Positions 22,243 through 31,940 of a stretch of 34,313 nt of DNA are shown here, piece after piece. The stretch is from assembly GCA_003614675.1 (NCBI GenBank), contig ML002391.1, positions 1 through 34,313 on the forward strand, given 5' to 3'. The notes under the pieces are model-generated. The model was not told the origin of the DNA. It searched no databases and saw only the letters and a program-made list of their open reading frames with translations. The number at the start of each line of letters is the position of its first letter. Positions within the stretch are counted from its first letter, which is position 1. The translations under genes were made by a program, and so were the position numbers. Origin of the DNA: Dimargaris cristalligena. Lineage: Eukaryota.

Positions 22243-23567
22243 CGTATGAGTGTGATGGGGAGGGCCTGGGTTTAGGGGTAGTAGTCTGATTTGTAACCGT
22301 TTGCTTAATTGTTAGTCCCTACTAAAACCCTCCAGATTTCACCAATAATGATTCAGCCAGACTGGTTGAGGTGGTAATGAAATGCACTATAACCATAATT
22401 ATGGGTGATGAGTCGAGTCAACTTGACGGTACGGTTGGTATGACCCGCACCTTGCCACAGACCCCTTCGGTTAAATAATGAAGACTTCATAGTATCATTT
22501 CAGTTTAAACGAGCCATCTCGTCCCAATGGCATTGAATATTAGGTATAATTGGAAGCGGTCGATCACACGGGATCTGAAGTGCGACCAGCAGGCCCAAAC
22601 AATAGGAAGGGGATTGATTAGCCTTGTAAGGTGTATACATTGGGGCTCATTTCTGGGGGGTGTAATCTTGGGAAATATTACACACAGTATAACGCAGATT
22701 TGGCCATGGAAGATATCACTATAGGGGGGCTTGGTAGTGTAGACGGTTCAGGTTTTTTAAGGCAGGGTCATCCGTCAGGTTGGTGGTTTAAATCAATACC
22801 TGAAGGGGAGACAGAGACCTTATAGTGAATCAATCAATCAATAAATAGGGCGGGACAAGAGTGAACGAGGAGAGCCCTCACCACTGGAAATAGTCGCATG
22901 GGCGATTGAAGATAAAACAAGGCAAGAATCGACCAGTTTATGAATTAACCTGGGCGGCAGTTGGCTATGTGTTGATTGAAGAGAGTAGTTGTCGCCAAAC
23001 TGCCCCTTCGTTTTTACCTCCTGAATGGATCGGGACAACGTGCGTGGCTTCCACTTAAGGGGCAACAGCGGCGTGTATACTATATACTTGATTATATGAT
23101 CAGCCGTTAATTCGGTCTGCCCCTTCACGCCAATAGCCCCTGCCACTCTCATGCTCCCAGACTTTTCTACCCAACCGACCCCACTCACTAAAAACGGAGA
23201 AGATTGGGAAGTCGGCTGGTGGAAGTCCAAAGGAATGGCTTTTAAGGAAATCCAACACTGTTGAGGTGGATTTCCTAAAAAGCCCGTATTTTCAAATATA
23301 GCGCGGCCTGTGCCTATTTGGGGCCCCCAACACTCGGCCGGTTGGGTGTGGGGCACACTGGGACTGCCATTTAAGGTCCCAGTGTCAATAACTATAGGGA
23401 CTAGGATGATCGCCACTCACCACTCCTACGTTAATCATGACAGCCCCACTAAGAAGTAAAAGAACAACCCTGAATAAATCATGTACTTATTTTAAGCAAG
23501 CATCCTAATTACCCCCTCTTCCATCTCGTTGGTTCAGTCCCAGCATCCGATAGGTCCCGCCTAATAG

Positions 23568-23608
23568 ATATGGGTGAAATTCACACCAGTTGTATAGGGC
23601 TTTACATA
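23568..23608 (+). mobile_element. Left-end fragment (~41 bp) of the 144-bp element, directly abutting copy B
   Basis: atatgggtgaaattcacaccagttgtatagggcttta matches the left terminus of the family. Confidence 0.7.
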
Positions 23609-23752
23609 ATATGGGTGAAGTTCGGCTTGGCTGTATAAGGTTTTAACCGTTATGTGTTTGGGAAAATCGGCGGGATGTTTATTTTCAACTAGTAGTATTT
23701 GCCTCATCAAATGGATTTTTCGTTATATAGCCTTGTTGAACTACTCCCATAT
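23609..23752 (+). mobile_element. 144-bp MITE-like element, full copy B
   Basis: ATATGGGtgaagttcggcttggctgtataagg...cgttatatagccttgttgaactactCCCATAT. Confidence 0.82.
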
Positions 23753-23839
23753 GTATATGGGATAAGGATTGTTAACTAGAGATGTTGACCTCATCCAAAG
23801 GATATTTCGCTGTAAAGACTGGATGAACTTCTCCCATAT
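23753..23839 (+). mobile_element. Internally deleted right-half fragment of the 144-bp element, abutting copy B
   Basis: tatgggataa...aactag...cctcatccaaaggatatttcgctgtaaagactggatgaacttctCCCATAT. Confidence 0.7.
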
Positions 23840-24077
23840 TTACCAGGACAGTGTCCAGTAGCAGCTTGGCCATGGGCTAATAAAATACAAAAAGCTTAGA
23901 AGGGGGCACGACTGCCCTAAATTACCTGCGGAAACCCAAAGCAGCGCCGGTCCCCACGGTCGCTGATGATTTGGTCTGACGAGGACCCCTTCCCCACAGT
24001 ACGTGCCCCTGAACCCGATTTACACATTGCCACGCCCCAGGATACCAAGGGGAGAAACGAGGTGTCCGTATATATAC

Positions 24078-24221
24078 ATATGGATAAAAATCCCGCCAGC
24101 TGTATAAGGTTTTACATAGTACATGCATGGGTGAATATATGTGAGAATAGCTTTTAACCAGTAATACTGGCCTCATGCAATGGATTATTCATTATACAGC
24201 CTGAATGAATTTCCCCCACAT
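24078..24221 (+). mobile_element. 144-bp MITE-like element, full copy D
   Basis: ATATGGataaaaatcccgccagctgtataaggtttta...ttttaaccagtaatactggcctcat...cattatacagcctgaatgaatttccCCCACAT; flanked by ..ATAC and GTAT.. Confidence 0.78.
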
Positions 24222-25484
24222 GTATTCCTAATAGCTAAAAGCTAAAATAAAGGAATCTGAATCGGAATGATTTGCCTCAGTCTGGCCGGCTATTGCCCAC
24301 TTGGAAACCACATTGCGTAAGCCCTCGTCCATTAGGCTTCGGATTCGAGAACCAGCCAGGTGGAATCACCCCCCCCCCTCGCAGCCCTGCAACCTTCAAT
24401 GTGGCAGTTCAAAGGTAGTGCGGAGAAGACGTGGCTGTGCGACCCTGCATGGCCAAGACTAGCTGGTTGGAGCGGGAGTGGCCGCACACAACGGCCCATG
24501 GCTTGCTTGTGGGCCTTAATAGATTGCTACGGACGATCGAACTTGGTGTGGCTCGGCCTCCGTCGCAACAGTCACTGCCCGTATTCAACGGCCTGCAAGT
24601 CGATAATCTGACTTGGTCATCCAGCGCATATAATCTACTGACCCCCGGAGTCCTGGGTTTATGCCTGGCTTTATAGGGCCCTTCTCCGGCCGGTTGTGAG
24701 CAACCCACCATCTCTTGACTTTCCTTGTGTTTTTGGGAATAACACTGGCCGCTGTGTTCCATTCCTCTAACCCTTTTTTTTGCCACACTACCCTCACTAA
24801 ACCAGGTCCCACTGCCCGGGCTCTACTCACTCTTACCCATTAAGTAAGTATAGTGGCGGTTCACCCATGCTCTATTAAATAAAGGCCTGATAGGAGGGCC
24901 TTCCGTGGTATCGGGCCACCCACTCGACGGACTTGTTAGGCGGAACGCAGCTGGCACTTCTACTGATATTCGTCGGGGGTTGGATGACTGAGTCGGGGAA
25001 TGCAATGTTGCAGCGACTCGACGCAACTTGTCAGCAGAGGATGCTTGAGAGGTATCCATTCAGTTGGGGGGCATTTAGCTGGCTTATATGCGTGGCATAT
25101 AGGCTAAATAAGCCCACCTGTGCGCTACTTTATTTTGCTCTACTCTAATACCTATAGGTTGGTAATTTTTTTTAACATGGAGGTGGCATTTCTGCCTGCC
25201 GGTGTTTCGAATCGGAATCACTGGGGGTTCCTTGACCTGGTCCTCGCCACTGCGGATAGAACGGGGGTATATGGTACATATACTGCATCCGTTGGCACCA
25301 GGTCTGTCTGGTTTTGTATCGAGTGCGGGTGGGTATGCTCCAGGGCCCCTCACTGTCCACAGCATCGTATACATGGAGGGAACAGTCTGCACCGCGATGG
25401 CTATAGTGGTACACCAGCCCCTGGTGAACTAGCCGACCCTTGGATTCAGCGGCCTGGTTAACCGGGGGCTTAATTGGCTAATAA

Positions 25485-25628
25485 ATATGGGTAAAGTTCA
25501 GCTCGGTTGTATAGGGGTTTAACCGATATGTGTATGGGATAATGTATGGGAGATTTATTTTCAACCAGTAGTACTTGCCTCATCAAATGGATTTTTCGTT
25601 ATACAGCCTTGTTGAACTACTCCCATAT
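25485..25628 (+). mobile_element. 144-bp MITE-like element, full copy E
   Basis: ATATGGGtaaagttcagctcggttgtatagg...cgttatacagccttgttgaactactCCCATAT. Confidence 0.82.
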
Positions 25629-26232
25629 GCTCGGCGGGTGGGAGGCTAACTATCCTTCTAGTCTAGTCTAGCTTAGCCCCTTCCAAGGACAAGGGACTGT
25701 CCATGGATATAGTTGCGCCCTGTTCCCATCCGAAGGAGGGTTTGGTGCTTATTGTCTGGCTGGCTGGTTTCGGTCCAGCGGCAGTGGGATGCAGTCGGCT
25801 CCCTCACTGCTGGGTTCACTCCAATGCGGCCGTGATTAACCTTGGCACCCATTGGTGGGCAGTAGGTTTCCAAGGGGTGTACGGGTCATTAACATATAGG
25901 AGGAGGGGGAGGGTCCACCCACTACCATTCCTGATACCATTGGTGGAGGAGGGGTATTCCCCCCATTCACCGCAACGACAGTGTGTAGAGAGGCCGACCG
26001 ACGGATATACCTCTAAATGTGTGTGCAGTGTAAGGTAGTTAGTATCCCCTCCTCCCTTACTGTTGGGCTAATCGTCGCTGAGTTCTATCTAACCAAAATT
26101 ATGGTGTGATTGGCCCACCCACTTACTTATTCACCCTATTATTTTACTTGGCCCTCTCGCTTTCCCTCGCGCTGCACGGGTGTGATTTAACAGATTTCTG
26201 GGGTTTAGTGGAGGGCCTTTTGAGCCAACTCT

Positions 26233-26274
26233 ACCTGCTATTATACTAATCAGCCGAATAGTATAATAGCGGGT
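26233..26274. other. Inverted repeat / hairpin
   Basis: GCTATTATACTA-atcagccgaa-TAGTATAATAGC is a perfect 12-bp stem, extendable to 16 bp with one G.U pair (ACCT/GGGT). Confidence 0.8.
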
Positions 26275-27483
26275 CGAACTAGCCTTAAAAAAGCAGACTA
26301 ATGGCCGGTTGGAAGGGCTTCGTCGTAGTGAGAGAAGGGGGGAGAGCGGCTCCCTTCATCGTCCGCCGCTTCTCCCCTCCCTGCCCTGACTGAAGGCTCC
26401 TGGATTTCGGACTCCCTCAGTCGTTGGTGGCCCTCCTTGCATTCTGCACCGTCAGTCGTTGCCGCTGCTTGGGGTTTTCCGTTGCGCTTCCTTCCTCTCA
26501 CTAACCCTCTAACCACCCATCCCATTGATGAGCTGTTGTGATGTTTCGCCGCTTTTCTTCAGCCGGTGGTTGCACAGCCCTAGGATTCTCATAAAGGCAG
26601 CGGGTGTGCTCCGCCTAATAGCCCACCTACTTCCCTTCATTCATTACCCAATTAGTCTTGTTATTATTATTATTATTCTTTTTTTCCGTCCTCACTAACC
26701 CTATACCATCGTCAGTTGTTGGGAGTTGCCCAACCTGTACTCCCCCTCTCCTTGCCCTCCTCACTCATATAACTAAGTTCGCCTCTTCTTCTACTGTCCT
26801 GCCTTGTTACCTTTGTCCTCCTAATTCTATTCGAACTGAATTTCTTAATCGACCATTAGCTAGTGCGACTGACAGCCACCGTGGGATCACCCCCTAACCC
26901 CCGATTCCTTTTGATTCCCTCTAGCCGACCCTCTAAAATACTTCAAGGCGGAGTTTTAATCCCCCCCCCCACCCTGCCAGGTCGCCTGCTCAATCGCAAC
27001 CCTCCTCACCTGACTAGGCGCTCTTGACTAACCTGGTCGGCCCTTCGATCCCCCCCTGGTCAAACTCCCACCCAATCGCCTTGAAGTGGGTCTGTCTTCC
27101 TTGGGCCACCCTGCTCACTTTTTAGTAGTGGCTCTTGTTTATAACCACACCGTGTTGTACTAAAGCCCTGCCATACCCCGCTCCAATAGTTGTATTGGTT
27201 TTTTTCTCTCTCTCTTATCCTCTTTTTATCGTCTTCTGTACAGCCCGTCACGCCCCTACCTCTAACCCCTCTGCACTTATCAGACTGCTCACGCCCCCTG
27301 CCTCTTCCTCCAGATACCCGCACTACCCGCTCCCCCCTACTTTAACCATTTCCTCTGCATTCCACCCCTCCAACTCTGGCAACCCTCTAACCTACCTGTG
27401 AACTGATTTCCATCCAACATATATTTTATCCGTTTCCGTTCTCTTTCCACTACCCATCATTTTATTTGCCGTCCCTTCACACC

Positions 27484-28932
27484 ATGTATAACCGAACTGG
27501 GCATATGCGCACGCGCAACACGGTGGCTAACAAGCCATTGGTCACCACGACCGTTTACCAAGACGAAAATCAGCCTCCGGCTGCTACTAAAATTGCCCGC
27601 CAGATCATCAAACCTATTGGAAAGTCGACCGCCGTCCTTCAGCCTAAAAACGCCATCGAGGCCGATCCCAAGGGCGTGATTACACGGAAGCGTTCCGCTC
27701 TGGGTGACATCAGCAACCAGGTCCACACCAACGATACTGCCGCCAAGGCGGCCAAGGCCCGGGTTACTCGCCGTGCCAAGCCCGCTGAATCGGAGGTTGC
27801 CATCAAGCCCGTTGCCGTCAAGCGACGTCGATCCGCCGACCTCGAGGTCCAAGCAGAGTCGGTCACCGCCGGCGATGGCAAGACCGTCGCTGGTCTGAAG
27901 CGCAAGGATAGCGCCGTGGAAGTCTTCTCCCAGGAAGACACCACCGCTGAATTCACCGAGATTGTCCCCGTGGCTAAAAAGGCCAAGACCCAGGCCTGGG
28001 ATGACCTGGACGCCGAGGATGCCGACGACCCACTGATGGTTGCAGAGTATGTAAACGAAATCTTCGACTACATGCGCCACCTTGAGATTAAGTTGCTACC
28101 TAACCCCAAGTACATGGATCAGCAAAAGGAGCTCACCTGGAAGATGCGCAGTATCCTCGTCGACTGGCTCATCGAAGTCCACAACAAATTCCGCTTGCTC
28201 GGCGAAACTCTCTTCCTGACCATCAATATGATTGACCGGTTCCTGTCGCTGCGTACGGTGTCCCTGGTGAAGCTTCAGTTAGTTGGCATCACTTGTATGT
28301 TCTCGGCTGCAAAATACGAGGAGATCATGTCCCCATCGGTCCATAACTTTATCTTCATGACTGATGGCGGTTTTACGGAAGACGAGGTCCTCGAGGCGGA
28401 ACGCTACCTGCTGCAGGTCCTTGATTTCGACTTGTCTTATCCTAACCCCCTCAATTTCCTGCGCCGCGTCTCCAAGGCCGATAACTACGATATGCAGACC
28501 CGTACCCTAGCCAAGTATTTGATGGACATTTCCCTGGTTGATCACCGCTTTTTGGGCTGCCCCCCTTCTATGCTGGCTGCCGCCGGGGTGTACCTAGCCC
28601 GTCAGATGCTGAATCGCGGACCGTGGGACGCCAATCTGACCCACTACTCCGGATATAGCAAGGAGGAGGTTCTTCCTTGTGTCCAGCTCATGATCAACTA
28701 CCTGGCCCAGCCCATCCGCCACGAAAACTTTTTTAAGAAGTACGCGAATAAGAAGCTCATGAAGGCCAGTCTTTTCTCGCGAGAGTGGGTCACCACTGCT
28801 TACCCCGACCTGGTCCTTTCCCTCAACCAAGGTTCCGCCGATTCCAACGCCGAGACAGCGGTGGAGTCCGACTCCCGGGGCGTGGAACCTCACACCACGG
28901 CAGTTGCCCATGTATCAGACGGGGCCTACTAA
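27484..28932 (+). CDS. G2/mitotic B-type cyclin (Cdc13/Clb/NimE-like), 482 aa, intronless
   Basis: Start accATGT. Destruction box RSALGDISN; WDDLDAEDADDPLMVAEYVNEIFDYM; cyclin box MRSILVDWLIEVHNKFRLLGETLFL..IDRFLS, KLQLVG..KYEE; YPNPLNFLRRVSKADNYD..TRTLAKY. Confidence 0.96.
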   Translation: MYNRTGHMRTRNTVANKPLVTTTVYQDENQPPAATKIARQIIKPIGKSTAVLQPKNAIEADPKGVITRKRSALGDISNQVHTNDTAAKAAKARVTRRAKPAESEVAIKPVAVKRRRSADLEVQAESVTAGDGKTVAGLKRKDSAVEVFSQEDTTAEFTEIVPVAKKAKTQAWDDLDAEDADDPLMVAEYVNEIFDYMRHLEIKLLPNPKYMDQQKELTWKMRSILVDWLIEVHNKFRLLGETLFLTINMIDRFLSLRTVSLVKLQLVGITCMFSAAKYEEIMSPSVHNFIFMTDGGFTEDEVLEAERYLLQVLDFDLSYPNPLNFLRRVSKADNYDMQTRTLAKYLMDISLVDHRFLGCPPSMLAAAGVYLARQMLNRGPWDANLTHYSGYSKEEVLPCVQLMINYLAQPIRHENFFKKYANKKLMKASLFSREWVTTAYPDLVLSLNQGSADSNAETAVESDSRGVEPHTTAVAHVSDGAY

Positions 28933-29378
28933 ATAGGCCACCCCTGTGCCTCTATTTATATACCCCCAGACCGTTGGCGCCGGTTGGCAACTCATTTTAT
29001 TTGCACCATTGGCCAGCTTCAGTTTATGGTACTCCATCGAACTATTTTTATATTATTTTCGCTTTTGATTTACTATCTTTTATAGATCCCTGTGGCGTTT
29101 TAATCTGTGCCCACGTGTTTCCGACCCATGTACCTTTCCCCCCGCAAGACTGCGTTGACCTTTCTAATTTTTCTTTTAATTATTATTAATCAACCTTTTC
29201 TATTTTATTACCTACCCTGTAAAAAACATATCCCCCCCCCCGGTACTCTCCTTGGCTATGCTTATTTCCTCTTTCTAATTGTTCTTTTGAATCGCTTTCT
29301 GTGGTTTTATTTGACCACTCCCCCTCTTGTGTTGTTCTGGGAGCGGCCAAATAAGGAAATAAATGTAATCGTTAGTCA

Positions 29379-29522
29379 AAATGGGAGGTGTTCAATCGAG
29401 CTGTATAATGAAAAATCCGTTGGAAGAAGCCAATATTACTGGCTAAAAGTAAATCACCCATACATTATCCCATACAGTTATCATTTAAAACCTTGCACAG
29501 CTGGGCCTAACTTCACCCACAT
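29379..29522 (-). mobile_element. 144-bp MITE-like element, full copy F (inverted orientation)
   Basis: Reverse complement reads atgtgggtgaagttaggcccagctgtgcaaggttttaaatgata...caacggatttttcattatacagctcgattgaacacctcccattt; gap-free with copies A, B, D and E. Confidence 0.8.
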
Positions 29523-31663
29523 GAACCCGTCTTGGTTGTTACTAGTGCAACCGGAAGAGGCCTCTCCCCCCAATAGGATGGAGGCCGATCTCTCCCACAG
29601 TAACTCCTCTCTGAGGGAGGAAGACCCACAGGACTATGGCAGAGAAAGGCCGACCCCCCCAATGGAAGAGGACGCCATCCCCTTAACGGCACAAGAGCAG
29701 CACTTCATCCAGGAGGAATAAAACAAACCAACCCGAGTGGCCAGCTTTGTTCTTTGTCTTAGAAATAAATACTTAATTTACATTTCAACTCGTTGTTTAT
29801 CTACCTGCCCTACTCGGCATCTTTGTTATTCTTATCTATAGTTCTTGGCCCTACTCGGCCCACTAGGTTACGCTAGTATTCCCCAGTTATTTGTCTTCCA
29901 AATTGACGTCAGAACCCCGACAGTTCCGTTCATTTCATGATTCTTAGAGCTGCGTCAATAGGTCATCCAACCCGCTATATCTAAATATTCGGTATCTATT
30001 ACTAAATTGCTTCAATTTATGCTATTTGCCTTGTGCTCGCTGGCGCTGTAAAAATAGCGTTGACATAACTGATCCTTGAATAAAATAAGCCATTTTATGC
30101 GAGCATCTTCAGAAAAAACGAGTTTCTGCTCGAGTAGCATTTTAGTGCCATCCCAGAATTATCAGGGTCCTATCCGTGTATTAGTATTTCCGAGTTTTGC
30201 CAGGGCTTTAGTATTATTTTGAACATACCTATCATCCTATATCTTACCTCCCCAATGTTATCAGTGGCCGGAAACCCTTCCGTCCTCCATGCACTTGTCC
30301 CTACCGAACTCCCCACAATAACCCACTACCCCAAAGGTTTTATAAATATCCATCAATATAACTATCCAACACCCATTCGTATCTAATCTACAGGTAGCAT
30401 CGCATAGGATTATTATTATTAAATGGCTAAGAAGACTACTCAAACAAAGCGGCGGTGCAACACGTCCTCCTTACGATGTACTCTAGGTAGTATGTAATTG
30501 TTGTGTGTAATTCAAAATCGAGCATCGACTGCAGGCTTTGTACATAGCTAAGAGTATAGATTGGCTCGTGAGTAGCCATAACCTGCACAAGCCGCTTGAG
30601 CAACCAACCGATAAACACATCCCGAGCCCATGTGGATTTAACGGTCAGGCGGGATGAACTGGGGCTGGGTCGGAATGAGCGGCCGCTTACCAGAGGTGAC
30701 ATAGCCTACTCTTTCATTGTATTGCAGGTCGGGCATGTGGTGGCCCCCGGTTGGTATCTGTAATTCCTCTGAGATTTTTGAGCTGGGACTAACAATCAAA
30801 TACTACTTCCTGAGATGTAGACATCGGAGCTATAATGGGCCCTAATTGGCATATAAGTGGCCAGTTCTATTGCAGGTCGGTACTGTTGGGTAAAATGTCT
30901 CGTAACCAAGTCCGGTAAGGTAATACGCTCGCTTACCGCTGCATATTGTTTTTTCATTCCCATGAGTTTGGTACATTTCCAAAAAATTAAGGAGGCGACC
31001 GACGCCGTTTCCAGTGAATTTTTCAAAAATAGCGCCAATCCTCCTCGGAAGGGGACCAGTCATCTAATTGGGTTCGGTTCGAGGGAGTGTTTGGTCGGAG
31101 ATCTAAAACCAAATACTCGTTAATACATTGAGTAGAGAGATCCAGCCGCGGAATTCACCTTGAGATCGACCCGGTTGTGGACAAACACCTGTAATAACGA
31201 AGGCAGTCTACTATCGTTGTGCATCTTGGCCCTGATCTGATCTATGCTCTACAGAGTCTCGTACGCCGCCCCCGCACTGTGGAAAACATCTGGAGCGGAT
31301 TGGGCTATTACGGAGAAACGGCACTATGCACGGCATATCCCTGGGTTGATATCCTTTTGTACCCGCGGTCGTCACACGCTGAGTCACCAATGTCACCTGG
31401 GCGTATAATAAAGGCGACGACAGTCCACCGAGGCATATAACTTTATCCAGGACGGTCAATCGTACATACGGCCACTCCATTTGGGTGGTCATAACTTACA
31501 GTTCTCTATCTGATTTGCTATTTCTACTAGTTTTTTTATAAACTGTTTAAGGATAGATACATTTTGGACCGTCTCGCAGATCGTACCGATACCGGGGAAA
31601 GAGACGGTGAGAAACCCGTAATATTGTGGTTGTATCGATATGTGGTGATGGTGATTAAATCAG

Positions 31664-31940
31664 CTATTCGACAGGCACGCTAACGCACTCGAAGGACTCG
31701 TGGGTCTGGCAATACCACCTGCCGTCACGTGGTACGATTGTATGGCCTTGGCGGGATTTTATCGTACACTGGTTGCATTTGAATGGGTCGATATTGGACA
31801 TGGATAGTATTAACTGCTCGGCAGCAGAATACCGTTGTTCCAGTCTGTGATTTTTGATTCCCGCATTTCTGATTTGATCGTTGATACCAGTGGCCACATT
31901 GAGCATAAAAATAGACCCATCCACATACTTGACACGCCAT
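31664..31940 (-). pseudogene. Candidate small Cys/His-rich protein gene interrupted by one frameshift
   Basis: MACQVCGWVYFYAQCGHW..KC..CC continues after a +1 shift near 31785-31787 as PFKCNQC..WYCQTH..C. A plausible upstream intron lies at 32091-31967 (GTAAGT..CAG). No family recognised. Confidence 0.3.

Noticed and set aside
22838-23416. 192-aa minus-strand ORF
   Set aside because: GTG start, no recognisable motif, and lacks the C-ending codon bias of the real genes.
23568-25628. CRISPR-like or LTR interpretation of the repeat cluster
   Set aside because: Units are 144 bp, irregularly spaced and divergent, in a eukaryotic context with no cas genes; no PBS/PPT or LTR-type TSD was seen.
29107-29721. 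204-aa ORF after the cyclin
   Set aside because: A chance read-through of T-rich 3' UTR, element copy F and downstream sequence; the same frame has stops in the other element copies.
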